A DNA stretch of 64,000 bases from Malacoraja senta (Eukaryota), in assembly GCA_038087875.1 (NCBI GenBank), contig JAXLNO010000364.1, forward strand, positions 248,001 to 312,000. Reading direction: 5' to 3'. Positions within the stretch are counted from its first letter, which is position 1; each line of letters starts with the position of its first letter. This document shows positions 20,096 through 38,450 of the stretch, one piece after another. The translations under genes and the position numbers were made by a program. A model generated the notes under the pieces. That model was not told the DNA's origin, made no database searches, and worked only from the letters and a program-made list of their open reading frames with translations.

Positions 20096-22651
20096 CCTTC
20101 ACCTCCCAGATTCCAATCTATCAATTACAGCTGGAAATTAAAGGATCTGACCACATCCCTCCAAATGATACCTAGCGCCAACTATTTGACTTATTAAGCC
20201 CATGCAATCAATTTAGCCACCAGTGGAAAAATTGCTGTAGATCACAGCGAATGTGACGTTAATCCCACGCATCTCTCCATTAATCACGTCATAATCCGGG
20301 ATCTCCGGTCTATCAGCGCAATGCCTAAGATCAATTATTATTAATATATTACCATCACGTGTGCTGCAAAAAAAAATGTCAGTCGTACTATATAGGCAGA
20401 TGACATCACTCCTCAGTATATCTGATATTGCAACACGAAAAAAATGAGCAACGTGCAGAGTATAGTGTTACATCTAGAGAATAAAAATAACATTTTTATT
20501 TTCAAGTATGAGGACCACAGGAAGGTAGCACATGAGAGGTCTGCTGGGACAAACTGTCCCTGAATCAGGTGGTACGTTCTTTCATGCTTTGGTACACGCT
20601 GTCCAACAGAAGTGGAGAGAAGAGTGAATGACCGTGGCTTAAGGTATGGAGGGGGTGGGGTGTGGGAGTGGCCCGTGATTGTGACGATGTCATGCAATTA
20701 GAATCCAAATGATAAATCACTGATTAATAAAGTGCCATTGAACATATTGATTGATTGAAAGATGTACTCTAGAAATTTGATGACGTGCAGTCCATCAGAA
20801 CCCCAGCAATCTCCAATTTCGTTATGATGAATCAAAAAGGATATCACATTGAAGGCTTTATAGTCATAGAGTGATAGAGCGTAGAAACAGGCCCTTCGGC
20901 TCAACTTCCCACACCGACCAACATGTCCCACCTGCCTGCCCTTGGACCATATCCATCCAAACGTGTCCCATCAATCTACCTTGTTAACTATTCCTTATAC
21001 GTTCGGATAATCCCAGCCTCAACTACCCCCTCTAGCAGCTTGTTCCATGCAACCACCACCCTTTGTTTGAAAAGGTTACCGCTCAAATTCCTATTAAATC
21101 TTTACCCCTTCACCTTGAATCTATTGGTCCTCGATGCCCCTATTCTGGGCAAGAGATTCTGTGCATCTACCCGACCTGTTCCTCTCATGATTTGTAACAC
21201 CTCTATACGATCACCCTTCATCCTCCTGCGCTCCAAGGAATAGCGACCCAGCCTACTCAACCTCTCCCATCAGCTCAGACCCCCTAGTCCTGGCAGCATC
21301 CGCGTAAACCTTCACTGATTGGCTGCCAGAGACTAGGGGTCGGTGCTGTGGCCGCTGCTCTTCACGTTGTATATCAATGATTTGGATGAGGGAATTGAAT
21401 TCTTAGTGGGAAGTTTGGTGATGCTGCGAAGGTAGGTGGAGGGGTAGATAGTGTGGAGTAAGCAGCGACTCTCCCGAAGGATTCGGGCATGTTTTGAAAG
21501 TAGGCAAAAAAATGGCAGATGGAATATAGCGCAGCAAAATGCGGAGACAGGCATTTTGATAGTAGGAATCAATCGAAGACTATTTTCTAAATTAGGAGAG
21601 AATTCAGAAATCTGAGGTGCAAAGGGACTCGGGAATGCTGATACAGGATTCCCAAAAACGTAATTTGCAAGTCGAATTGAAAGTAAGGCAGGAAAATGCA
21701 ATACAAGCATTTATTTGGGGAGGACAAGAATATAAAAAAACGGATGTAATATTGAGGCATGAAAAGGCACCGGTGAGAGCATTTGGGATATTGTGAGCAA
21801 TCTGGGGCCCCATATCTAAGGATTGATGTGCTGGCGTTGGAAAGGATACGGAGGATGATTATGAGAATGATCCCAGCACCAAATTGGGTTCACGTACGAT
21901 AAACGTTTTACGACACTGTGCCTGTACTCGCTGGAGTGCAGAAGGAAGAGGGGAGAACCTGATTGAAACAAATGGGTTGCAGAGGCTATCGCGTGAAGGC
22001 AGGGTAATGGAGCTGATAGGGGAAGAATGACCACCCACGATTAAATGGCGGAGTAAGCAAGAGTCATAGAATGATAGTGTATGGAAACAGGCCCTTCGGC
22101 CAAACTTGCATTTACCGGCCAACATGTCCCAGTTACCCCAGTCCCACCTGCGTGTGCTTGGTCCATATCCGTCCAAACCTCTCCTATCCATGTAGCTGTC
22201 TAACTATTTCTTGAACGTTGGGATAGTACCAGCATCAACTAGCTCCTCTGGCAGCTTGCACCATACACCCACCAGCCTTTGTGTGAAAACGTTAGCCTTC
22301 AGATTGCTTTTGAATATTTTCCCCTTCACCTTGTACTTATGTCTTGTGGTCCTCGATTCAATTACTTTGGGCAACAGATTCTGCGCATCTATCCGATTTA
22401 TTCCTCTCGTGATTTTATGCACCTCTAGAAGATCACCCCTCATCGTCCTGCGCTCCAAGGAATAGAGACCCAGCCTACTCAACCTCTCCCGATAGCTGAG
22501 ACCCTCTAGTCCTGGCAACAGTCTCGTAAATGCAATAGTACAATTCATTTAGACTTTAGACTTTTGATTTTAAACTTGAGAGATACTTCGCGGAAACAGG
22601 CCCTTCGTCGATCACCGATCACCACGTGCACTGGCACACTCCTAAACACTT

Positions 22652-25600
22652 GCAGAATTTAAAGCCTTGGTGAGTTTTCAAGAGCGGGTCATTTTAAAAC
22701 CCGTAACTAAATCTGTAAATTAGCTAATTAGTTAAATGAGTAGCAAATAAAAGTAGGGCTCGCTCTTGGTGGAGCGGCCTGTTGGCGTGAAGTGCCTTGG
22801 TGAGCAAAGTGTGAGTCTTTGGCTCAAGAGCGTCTTGGTAAGTAAGGTGTGATTCTTTGGCTCAAGAGTCTTCGGCGAGAAGGCTGAAGCAAGGAATCTA
22901 CATTAATCGAAATGTTTGATTTGTGATTTTTAGTCCAGTAAAGAAATGGCAGAGTGGTAGAGTGTGTTTCCTGCAGGATGTGGGAAGTTAGGTACACCGC
23001 TGGTGCTTCTGGAAACTATACCTGCAGAAATTGTGTCCAGGTGCTGTTCCTGAATGAACGTGCTGGTGAAATGAAGAAGCAGCTGGAGGACCTCACGGCC
23101 ATCCGGGAAAACGAGAGTTTTCTGGACAAGACCTTCAGCGAGGCTGTCACACAAAGGATATCGGAGTAGCGAAGGTGGATGACTGTGAGAAAGTAGCGTA
23201 ACGGTGGAGTGCAAGAGAACACGGTGGCTGTACCTAATGAGACGCGAACGATGAGACCGACGTTGGTCAGAGCCATAGTGGTGAGTGACTCCATTGTCCG
23301 AGGTGCGGACAGGACATTCATTTGCGGCTGGCGAGACTCGGGGATGGTATGTTGCATCCCTGCTGCATGATATCTCGGACCGACTTCAGAACATCCTTGA
23401 GAGGGAAGGTGAGGAAGAGGAAGGATGTTCTGCACCGTGAGTTTATAGAGTTAGTAAGAAGATAGAAAAGCATGACTTCTGGGATGGTTATCTCTGGATT
23501 GCTTCCAGTACATCGTGTTGGTGAGTACCGGAATATGGAGATAGCGGATCTGAATGCGGGCTGAGGGGCTCGTGGAGCGAGCAGGGATTTAGATTCATAG
23601 ACGACTGGGACCTATTCTGTGGCAGGGATTACCTCAACAAAAGGGACGGGTTACACCTTAACTGGAGCGGGACCGACATTCTGGCAGCCTGGTTTGCTGG
23701 TGCTACACCGGAGAGTTTAAAATAATTTGCAGGGAGGAAGTGGTCACAAATTGGAGATATAAGGATGGAGTGAAAGGTGAAGAGAGTACAGGAAAAGTTG
23801 CGAAAGACAACCGGATTAATGGGACGGAAATTTCAAGAAGGGATAGGAGAGTAAGGTCAGAGGAACCGGTTTGAGAGAGGAGGTGAATACCGAATTAAAA
23901 GTGTTACCGCGAACTATATGAAATAAAGTGGATGAGCTTGAGGCAAAGTTAGAAATTGGTGAGTATGATGTTGTGGGAATGACAGACACATGGCTGCAAG
24001 CGGATCAGAACTGGGAACTGAATATTTAGGGGTATACGTCCTATTGAAAAGAAAGCCAGATGGGCAGAGGGGATGCGGTGGCCCTCGTTGGTAAGGAATG
24101 AAATTCAGTCACTTGCGAGTGGAGACATAGAGTCAGAAGACGTAGAGCCATTGTGGATGGAACTGAGAAATTGAATGGTAGAAAGACCCTAGTCCGTGTT
24201 ATCTACAGGCCCCCAAACAGTAGCCTGGAGATAGGGTGCAAGTTGCATCAGGAGTTAAAATTAACATATAACAAAGTTAATGCTACGGTGTTTATGGGAG
24301 ATTTCATCATGCAGTTGACTAGAAAAATCACATAGGTACTGGACCCCAAGAAAGGGACTTTGTAGTGTGTTTCCGAGATGAATTCTAAGAGCAGCTTGTA
24401 CTGGAGCCTACTGGGTAGCAGCAAAAAATGGATTTAATGTTATGTAATGAACCGGATTTGATAAGTGACCTCAAGGTAAAGGAACCATTAGGAGGTAGTG
24501 GCCATAATATGATAAGTTTTAATTTGCAATTTGAGATATCGGAATTTGTAATATCGGAAGTGTCAGTATTCCAGTTGAACAAAGAGGACTATTGAGGGAG
24601 GAGCTTGCCATAGTTCACTGGAAAGGGACCCAAGAAGGCATGACGCTGGACGCTATATCTGAGAATAATCCAGAAGATGCAGGATCATTTCATTCCAAAG
24701 AGGAACAGAGATTCTAATGGGAGTAAGAGGCGACCGTGGCTGACAAGCGAAATCATGTGGTGGGAGATTGCAACCTTCAAGTGGTCCACCGTGTTTCGAC
24801 TAATGCAATCAACCCGACGTGCACAAACAAGATCAAATAGAACAAGTTGACCTACAACTTTAGGCTGTGCACGCCATACGCAAGAAGAAGAAGGGAAGTC
24901 AAGGACAGTATAAACATAATAGAGAAGACGTATAACTCAATTCTGATTTGAGAATTAATGGACTAAAGTTTAGGGGCAACATGAGGGGGAATTTCTTTAC
25001 TCAAAGAGTGGTAGCTGTGTGGAATGAGCTTCCAGTGGAAGTGGTGAAGGCAGGTTCGTTTTTATCATTTAAAAATGAATTGGATAGGTATATGGACGGG
25101 AAAGGAATGGAGAGTTAAGGTCTGAGTGCAGATAGATGGGACTACGTGAGAGTAAGTGTTCGGCACGGACTAGAAGGGCCGAGATGGCCTGTTTCCGTGC
25201 TGTAATTGTTATATGGTTATATGGTTATAACATAGCAAATATCAGCGGGAAGCCAGAGGATTGGGAAACCTTTTAAAGAGCAACAGAAACTAACTAAAAA
25301 GCTTCCTTCCCTAGATGAAGAAGAAAAAAAGGTTAAGACAAATGTAGATCCCTTGAAGACAGAAACAGGTGGATTTATTATGGGGAACAAGGAAAAGGGA
25401 AACGAGTTGAACAGGTACTTTGGTTCTGTCTTCACTTCGGAAGTCAGAAACAATTTCCCATATGTACTAGGGGACAGAGGACCTGGGTCATGGAGGAACT
25501 GAAGGAAATTCACTTTAGACAGGAAATGGTGTCGCATTCACTGATGGGACTGAAGGCACATACATTCCCAGGGTCTGATGGTCTGCATTCCAGGGTACTC

Positions 25601-27025
25601 AAGGAGATGGCTCTAGGAATCGTGGACGCCTTGGTGATAATGTTACAATGTTCTATAGATTATGAATCAGTTCTTGTGAAATGGAGGGTAGCTAATGTTA
25701 TGACACTTTTCAAGAAAGGAGGGAGAGAGAAAGCAGGGCATTATAGACCAGTTAGCCTGACATCTGTGGTGGGGAAGATGCTGGTGCCGTTTATTGGAGA
25801 TGTAATAGTGGCGCATTTGGGTAGCAGTACCAGGATCGGTCCAAGTCAGCATGGATTTACGAAGGGGAAATCATACTTGACAAATCTTCGCAATTTTTTT
25901 GGAGGACGTAACAAGTAAAATGGACAAGGGAGAGCCAGTGGATGTAGGGATTAACGGGTCCCTTTCAGAATGACCGGCCGTGACCAGTGGGGTAACGCAA
26001 GCCTCGGAGTTAGGACCGCAGCTATTTACAATGAATATTAATGATTTAGATGAAGGGATTACAAGTAACATTTGCAAATTTGCAGATGACACAAATCTGG
26101 GTGGCAGTGTGAACTGTGAGGAGGATGCTATGAGAATGCAGAGCGACTTGGACAGATTGGGTGAGTGGGCAGATGCACAGCAGATGCAGTTTAATGTATA
26201 TAAATGTGAGGTTATCCACTTTGGTAGGAAAAACGAGAAGGCAGATTATTATCTAACTGATGTCAAGTTGGGAAAGGGGGAAGTACAACGGGATATCGGG
26301 GTCCTTGTTCATCAGTCAATGAAAGTAAGCATGCCATGCAGGTACAGCAGGCAGTGAAGAAAGCGAATGGCATGTTGGCATTGATACCAAGATATTTGAG
26401 TACAGGAGCAAGGAGGTCCTTCTACAGTTGTACAGGGCCCTGGTGAGACCACACCTTTGTATTGTGTGCAGTTTTGGTATCCTAATTTGAGGAAGGATAT
26501 TCTTGCTTTTGAGGGAGAAAGCGTAGGTTCACGACGTTAATACCCGGGATGGCGGGACTGTCATCTGATGAAAGAATGGATCGATTGGCTTGTATTCACT
26601 GGAATGTAGAAGATGAGAGGGCATCTTATAGAAAAATACAACATATTTAAGAGATTGGACACGTTAGATGCAGGAAACATATTTCCGATGTCAGGCGACT
26701 TCAAAACCAGGGACCACAGTTTAAGATTAAGGGGTAGGCCATTTAGGACTGAGATGAGTAAAAATATTTTTCACAGAGAGTTGTGAATTTGTGGAATTCT
26801 CTGCCTCTGAAGGCAGTGGAGGCCGATTCACTGGATGCATTCAACAGAGAGTTAGATAGAGCTCTTAGGGCTAGCGGAATCAAGGGGTATCGGGAGAAGG
26901 CAGGAACAGGGTAATGATTGTGGATGATCAGCCATGATTACATTGAATGGCGGAGTAGGCTCAAAGGGTCGGAAAGCCTACTCCGGAACATATTGTCTAT
27001 GTATCTATGTATCTATGTATATAAT
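22652..27025 (+). mobile_element. Duplicate of the near full-length decayed CR1 LINE
   Basis: Colinear with 10250-14625. Confidence 0.88.
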
Positions 27026-29239
27026 TCTACCGATGCGTCAATGTGCCATTCCAGTTTCGAGGACACGAATATATAAAAGCAATGGTGTAATGCTGAGGCC
27101 TCACGAGGCGCTGGTGAGGCCACGCTTGGAATATTGTAAGCGGCTATGGGCCTCATCTCTACGGATGGGTGCGCAAGCGTGGATAGGCCCAGAGGACGCT
27201 TAGTGGAATGGTCCCGGTTATGATTGGATAAACGTGTGAGGATAGTTTGATGTTACTAGGCCTGTACTCGATGGAGTTTAGCAGAATGAAGGGAGACTTC
27301 ATTGAAACACACAGATTAGTGAATGGCTTGGATAGAGTGTGTGTGGGGAGGATGTTTCTACCAGTAGAGAGCCTAGCACGAGAGGGCATAGCCGCAGAAT
27401 TCGACGTTCTTTTAGTAAGGAGATGAGGAGAAATTTCTTTAGTCAGAGGATGGTGAATCTGTGGGATTCTTTGCTGCAGAACGCAGTGCAGGCCAAGTCG
27501 GTGGATATTTTTAAGGCAGAGATGGATAGATTCTTGATTATTACAGGTGTCAGAGATTATGGTGAGAAGGCAGAAGAATGCGGTTAGGAGGGAGAAACTT
27601 ATCAACTGCACTTTGCCCTCCCTCACGTTAAATATATCCTCTCTAATAATTGACCTGTCTATCGAGGGGTGGGGCGGGAGGGGTGGGGGGTAGATAATGA
27701 ATGTCCGTCCGATCTGTGCCTCTCATAGTGTCACTTTGATTGTTTGAAAGATACAGATTGGAAACCGGCCCATCCGGTCACCACACGACGACCATTTGTC
27801 ATGCGCTCACACGCCAGTTCTACGTTATACCCACTTTCCGTTCGCTCCCTACACACTAGCGACAATTTATGGAGGCCAATTGACCTACAATCCCAAAGCA
27901 CCCTGAAATATAGAAGCATCACGAGGCCATTTCGCCCATCAAGTTCGCTCCGCCATCCGCCACTCCAAAGACGTAGAGGTGTGTATGTTAATTTGCTTGG
28001 TGTAAATGAAAATTGTCCCTCGTGTGTGTATGATAGCGGTAGTGTGCGGGGATCGCTGATTGAACCTTCCGAACCATCTGAATTTTGTAGTCGGCAGGGC
28101 AGTACTCTCCATATCGCCAACTTCGACAATTTTACATTTTTATCAAGCCAATTAATCAAGTCAATTAACCTACAAACCTGTATATCTTGGAGTGTGGCAG
28201 GAAACCGAAGATCTCCGAGAAAACCCACGCAGATCACGGGGAGAACGTACAAACTCCATACAAACAGCACCCGTATTCGGGATCGAACCCGGGTCTCTGG
28301 CGTTGCATTTTGCTGCACCGCTGTGCCACCGTGACTGCAAAGACGTACGAGTTTGCAGGGAAATCGGCTTCGTATAAATGTAAATTATTCTCCGACTGAG
28401 TAGGATAGTGTTAGATGCGGACTCGCTGGGCTGATGGGCCTGTTTCCGCGCTGCATCTCTAAACTGAACCAAATTTAAAAGTAAAATAGAGCATCAGAAT
28501 CAGTTTCGATGGTCCGCTTTAAAAATTATCTGTCGCTCTCTCATGGAATTGTTTTCTCTCGCTGGAGAAAGGGGCTACAGGACAGACAGAGATGTTGGGG
28601 GGGGAGGAGTGTTGCTCTCTGGATTGATACAGATTTTCACAGCCGTAGTCCGAAATTATATTGCGGATGTTTCCTCCAGTCAGGCTAGATTTTTGAATTT
28701 GAGGATTAAAAATTAATATACCAGTAAGATAGACACACAATTCTGGCGTAACTCAGATGCCCAGGTAGCATCTCTGGAGTAAAGGAATGGGTGAAGTTTC
28801 GGGTCGAGACCCTTCTTAATAACCACCAGTAGTCAGATTCGATCCCGTGTCTCTGGAGCTGTAAAGCATCAGCAGCACCGCTGCGCCGCCGAGGTCGTTT
28901 CCTCTTTTCTTATTGTCTGAATTTACCATCCAAACTTCAGGAAACCTGCCATCCTCGCCTTCATGTTCTGTGGAACACGCCGGAACTGAAAGCCCACCAC
29001 CTCGTCTTTAACCGACTCCGACACGTAGGATGAGGACTTACCTAAGAACAGCTGCTCCCAAATTACTCTCCCCACTTTCTACCAAACGCAGATATTTTTA
29101 TTTTCCATTCACCGATATCTCAAATTAATCGACAAAACAATGTCCTTAAAATAATTTTATTATCAATACTATAATATCTATCAATATAATCTATTTAATC
29201 TGTATTAAATTAAACTTTTAATTAATAAATTAATTTATT

Positions 29240-32283
<3,044 letters not shown>

Positions 32284-32334
32284 GTTGCTCCGCTCGCGTG
32301 GTTCTCGAGACTGTGACGCGCCGCGCCGCTCCGG

Positions 32335-32515
32335 TATTTATACGGCCCCCGGGATAGAACGCTGGCATTCGGTAAACGCGCGCCGATTGGTCAATGAGAA
32401 CAATGACCTTGGTTGCCACAGGAAACAAACATAGAAGGTTCCAAGGCGCTCATTGCTGAATAATCCACAGTGTGAGACGAAGAACAATGGACCTTCAGTG
32501 ACGCAATCCATTGTC
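32335..32515 (-). promoter_or_regulatory. Promoter of tubulin copy 3
   Basis: TATAAATA at 32335-32342, a CCAAT box and the X-box-like site at 32412-32426. Confidence 0.75.
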
Positions 32516-35244
32516 TGCCTTCACCTCCCAGATTCCAATCTATCAATTACCGCTGGAAATAAAAAGATCTGACCACATCCCTCCAAAAGATACCTAGCGC
32601 CAACTATTTGACTTATTAAGCCCATGCAATCAATTTAGCCACCAGTGGAAAAATTGCTGTAGATCACAGCGAATGTGACGTTAATCCCACGCATCTCTCC
32701 ATTAATCACTTCATAATCCGGGATCTCCGGTCTATCAGCGCAATGCCTAAGATCAATTATTATTAATTTATTACCATCACGTGTGCTGCAAAAAAAATGT
32801 CAGTCGTACTATATAGGCAGATCACATCACTCCTCAGTATATCTGATATTGCAACACGAAAAAAATTAGCAACGTGCAGAGTATAGTGTTACATCTAGAG
32901 AATAAAAATAACATTTTATTTTCAAGTATGAGGACCACAGGAAGGTAGCACATGAGAGGTCTGCTGGGACAAACTGTCCCTGAATCAGGTGGTACGTTCT
33001 TTCATGCTTTGGTACACGCTGTCCAACAGAAGTGGAGAGAAGAGTGAATGACCGTGGCTTAAGGTATGGAGGGGGTGGGGTGTGGGAGTGGCCCGTGATT
33101 GTGACGATGTCATGCAATTAGAATCCAAATGATAAATCACTGATTAATAAAGTGCCATTGAACATATTGATTGATTGAAAGATGTACTCTAGAAATTTGA
33201 TGACGTGCAGTCCATCAGAACCCCAGCAATCTCCAATTTCGTTATGATGAATCAAAAAGGATATCACATTGATGGCTTTATAGTCATAGAGTGATAGAGC
33301 GTAGAAACAGGCCCTTCGGCTCAACTTCCCACACCGACCAACATGTCCCACCTGCCTGCCCTTGGACCATATCCATCCAAACGTGTCCCATCAATCTACC
33401 TTGTTAACTATTCCTTATACGTTCGGATAATCCCAGACTCAACTACCCCCTCTAGCAGCTTGTTCCATGCAACCACCACCCTTTGTTTGAAAAGGTTACC
33501 GCTCAAATTCCTATTAAATCTTTACCCCTTCACCTTGAATCTATTGGTCTTCGATGCCCCTATTCTGGGCAAGAGATTCTGTGCATCTACCCGACCTGTT
33601 CCTCTCATGATTTGTAACACCTCTATACGATCACCCTTCATCCTCCTGCGCTCCAAGGAATAGCGACCCTGCCTACTCAACCTCTCCCATCAGCTCAGAC
33701 CCCCTAGTCCTGGGAGCATCCGCATAAACCTTCACTGATTGGCTGCCAGAGACTAGGGGTCGGTGCTGTGGCCGCTGCTCTTCACGTTGTATATCAATGA
33801 TTGGGATGAGGGAACTGAATTCTTAGTGGGAAGTTTGGTGATGCTGCGAAGGTAGGTGGAGGGGCAGATAGTGTGGAGTAAGCAGCGACTCTCCCGAAGG
33901 ATTCGGGCATGTTTTGAAAGTAGACAAAGAAATGGCAGATGGAATACAGCGCAGCAAAATGCGGAGACAGGCATTTTGATACTAGGAATCAATCGAAGAC
34001 TATTTTCTAAATGAGGAGAGAATTCAGAAATCTGAGCTGCAAAGGGACTCGGGAATACTGATACAGGATTCCCAAAAACGTAATTTGCAAGTCGAATTGA
34101 AAGTAAGGCAGGAAAATGCAATACAAGCATTTATTTGGGGAGGACAAGAATATAAAAAAACGGATGTAATATTGAGGCATGAAAAGGCACCGGTGAGCGC
34201 ATTTGGGGTATTGTGACCAATTTGGGGCCCCATATCTAAGGATTGATGTGCTGGCGTTGGAAAGGATACGGAGGATGATTATGAGAATGATCCCAGCACC
34301 GAATTGGGTTCACGTACGATAGACGTTTTACGACACTGTGCCTGTACTCGCTAGAGTGCAGAAGGAAGAGGGGAGAACCTGATTGAAACAAATGGGTTGC
34401 AGAGGCTATCGCGTGAAGGCAGGGGAATGGAGCTGATAGGGGAAGAATGATCACCCACGATTAAATGGCGGAGTAAGCAAGAGTCATAGAGTGATAGTGT
34501 ATGGAAACAGGCCCTTCGGCCAAACTTGCATTTACCGGCCAACATGTCCCAGTTACCCCAGTCCCACCTGCATGTGTTTGGTCCATATCCGTCCAAACCT
34601 CTCCTATCCATGTAGCTGTCTAACTATTTCTTGAACGTTGGGATAGTACCAGCATCAACTAGCTCCTCTGGCAGCTTGTACCATACACCTACCAGCCTTT
34701 GTGTGAAAACGTTAGCCTTCAGATTGTTTTTGAATATTTTCCCCTTCGCCTTGTACTTTTGTCCTCTGGTCCTCGATTTCCCTACATTGGGCAAGAGATT
34801 CTGCGCATCTATCCGATTTATTTCTCTCGTGAATTTATGCACCTCTAGAAGATCATCCCTCATCCTCCTGTGCTCCAAGGAATAGAGACCCAGCCTACTC
34901 AACCTCTCCCGATAGCTCAGACCCTCTAGTCCTGGCAACATTCTCGTAAATGCAATAGTACAATTCATTTAGACTTTAGACCTTTCACTTTAAACTTGAG
35001 TGATACTTCGCGGAAACAGCCCCTTCGTCGATCAGCGATCACCACGTGCACTGGCACACTCCTAAACACTTGGGACAATTTACAACTTTACCGAAGCCAA
35101 ACCTGTACGTCTTTGGAGTGTGGGAGAAACCCGGACCACCGAGGAAAACCCACAGGGAGAACATACAAACTCCGTACAAACAGCATCGGGAGTCCCGACC
35201 GAACCAGGGTCTCTGGCGCTGTAAGGCAACAACCTTCAAGGTCG

Positions 35245-38200
35245 ACAGGTGAAGCGGCGAGTGCGGAGGATTGGCTGAGGGTAAGGTAAGAGAGTAAGGT
35301 CAGGTGAAAGAGGAACCGGTTTGAGAGAGGAGGTGAATACCGAATTAAAAGTGTTACGGCGAACTATAAGAAATAAAGTGGATGAGCTTGAGGTAAAGTT
35401 CAAAATTGGTGAGTATGATGTTGTGGGAATTACAGACACATGGCTGCAAGCGGATCAGAACTGGGAACTGAATATTCAAGGTTATTCGTCCTATTGAAAA
35501 TAAAGCCAGATGGGCAAAGGGGATGCGGTGGCCCTCGTTGGTAAGACATGAAATTCAGGCACTTGCGAGTGGAGACGTAGAGTCAGAAGACGTAGAGTCA
35601 TTGTGGATGTAACTGAGAAATTGAACAGTAGAAAGACCCTAGTCCGTGTTATCTACATGCCCCCAAACAGTAGCCTGGAGATAGGGTGCAAGTTGCATCA
35701 GGAGTTAAAATTAACATATAACAAAGTTAATGCTACGGTGTTTATGGGAGATTTCATCATGCAGGTGGACTAGGAAAATCACATAGGTACTAGACCCCAA
35801 GAAACGGACTTTGTAGTCTGTTTCCGAGATGGATTCTTAGAGCAGCTTGTACTGGAGCCTACTAGGTAGCAGGAAAAATTGGATTTAATGTTACGTAATG
35901 AACCGGATTTGATAAGTGACCTCAAGGTAAAGGAACCATTAGGAGGTAGCGGCCATAATATGATAAGTTTTAAATTGCAATTTGAGATATCGGAATTTGT
36001 AATATCGGAAGTGTCAGTATTCCAGTTGAACAAAGAGGACTATTGAGGGAGGAGCTTGCCATAGTTCACTGGAAAGGGACCCAAGAAGGGATGACCGTGG
36101 ATCAGCAATGGCAGGTATATCTGAGAATAATCCAGAAGATGCAGGATCATTTCATTCCAAAGAGGAAGAAAGATTCTAATGGGAGTAAGAGGCGACCGTG
36201 GCTGACAAGCGAAATCATGGGGTGGGAGATTGCAACCTTCACGTGGTCCACCGTGTTTCGACTAATGCAATCAACCCGACGTGCACAAACAAGATCAAAT
36301 AGAACAAGTTGGCCTACAACTTTAGGCTGTGCACGCCATACGCAAGAAGAAGAAGGGAAGTCAAGGACCGTATAAACATAAAAGAGAAGACGTATAACTC
36401 AATTCTGATTTGAGAATCAAGGGACAAACGTTTAGGGGCAACATGAGGGGGAACGTCTTTACTCAGAGAGTGGTAGCTGTGTGGAATGAGTTTCCAGTGG
36501 AAGTGGTGAATGCAGGTTCGTTTTTATCATTTAAAAATAAATTGGATAGGTATATGGACGGGAAAGGAATATAGGGTTATGGTCTGTGTGCTTGTAGAGG
36601 GGACTCGGTGAGAGTAAGTTTTCGGGACGGACTAGAAGGGCCGAGATGGCCTGTTTCCGTCCTGTAATTGTTATATGGTTATATGGTTATGACATAGCAA
36701 ATATGAGCGGGAAGGATTGGGAAACTATTTAAAAAACAACATAAAGTAACTAAAAACCTTCCTTCGGTGGATGAAGAAGGGAAAAAAATTAAGACAAATG
36801 TGGATCCCTTGAAGACAGAAACAGGTGGATTTATTATGGGGAACAATGAAAAGGGAAACGAGTTGAACAGGTACTTTGGTTCAGTCTTCTCTACGGAAGT
36901 CAGAAACAATCTCTCAGATGTACTGGGGGACAGAGGACCTAGGTGATGGAGGAACTGAAGGAAATTCACGTTAGTCATGAAATGGTGTTGGGTTCACTGG
37001 TGGGACTGAAGGCTCATACATCCCCAGGGTCTGATGGTCTGCATTCCAGGGTACTCAAGGAGTTGGGTCTAGAAATCGTGGACGCCTTGGTGATAATGTT
37101 CCAGAGTTCTATAAATTATGAATCAGTTCCTGTGAATTGGAGGGTAGCTAATGTTATCACACTTTTCAAGAAAGGAGGGAGAGAGAAAGCAGGGCATTAC
37201 AGACCAGTTAGCCTGACATCAGTGGTGGGGAAGATGCTGGAGCCGTTTCTTGCACATGTAATAGTGGCGCATTTAGTAGAAGTACCAGGATCGGTCCAAG
37301 TCAGCATAGATTTACGAAGGGGAAATCATGCTTGACAAATCATCAGGAATTCTTTTGAGGACGTAACAAGTCAAATGGACAAGGGAGAGCCAGTGGAAGT
37401 GGGGATTAACGGGTCCCTTTCTCAATGGCAGGCAATTGGTCGGTGTTGGGACCGCAGCTATTTACAATGTATATTAATGAATTAGATGAAGGGATTACAA
37501 GTAACATTTGCAAATTTGCAGATGACTCAAATCTGTGTGGCAGTGTGAACAGTGAGGAGGATGCTATGAGAATGCAGGGTGACTTGGACAGGTTGGGTGA
37601 GTGGGCGGATGCCCGGCAGATGCAGTTTAATGTGGATAAATGTGAGGTTATCTACTTTGGTAACAAAGACGATCAGGCAGATTATTATCGAAACTATGTA
37701 AAGTTGGAAAAGGCGGAAGTACAACGGGATCTCGGGGTCCTTGTTCATCAGTCAATGAAAGTAAGCAGTTCAGGTACAGCAGGCAGTGAAGAAAGCGAAT
37801 GGCATGTTGGCCTTGATCACAAGAGATTTGAGTATAGGAGCAAAGAGTTCCTTCTACCGTTGTACAGGGCCCTGGTAAGACCACATCTGTTGTATTGTGT
37901 GCAGTTTTGGAATCCTAATTTGAGGAAGGATATTCTTGCTTTTGAAGGAGTGCAGCGTAGGTTCACAACGTTAACACCCGGGATGGCGGGACTGTCATCT
38001 GATCAAAGAATGGAACGACTAGGCTTGTATTCACTGCAATTTAGAGCGGATCTTATAGAAACATACAACATATTTAAGAGATTGGACACGCTAGATGCAG
38101 GAAACATGTTTCCGATGTCAGGGGACTTCAAAACCAGGGGCCATAGTTTAAGAATAAGGGGTGGGCCAATTAGGACTGAGATGAGTAAAAAATCTTTTTC

Positions 38201-38450
38201 ACACAGAGATTGTGAATTTGTGGAATTCTCTGCCTCTGGAGGCAGTGGAGGCCGATTCACTGGATGCATTCAACAGAGAGTTAGATAGAGCTCTTAGGGC
38301 TAGCGGAATCAATGGGTATCGGTAGAAGGCAGGAACAGAGTAATGATTGTGGATAATCAGCCATGATTACATTGAATGGCGGAGCAGACTCAAAGGGCCG
38401 GAAAGCCTACTCCGGCACATATTGTCGATGTATCTATGTATCTGTATATA
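35245..38450 (+). mobile_element. Duplicate of the decayed CR1 LINE lacking ORF1
   Basis: Colinear with 11445-14625; RT remnant ORF 37425-38288 (VLGPQLF, KFADDS). Confidence 0.88.
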
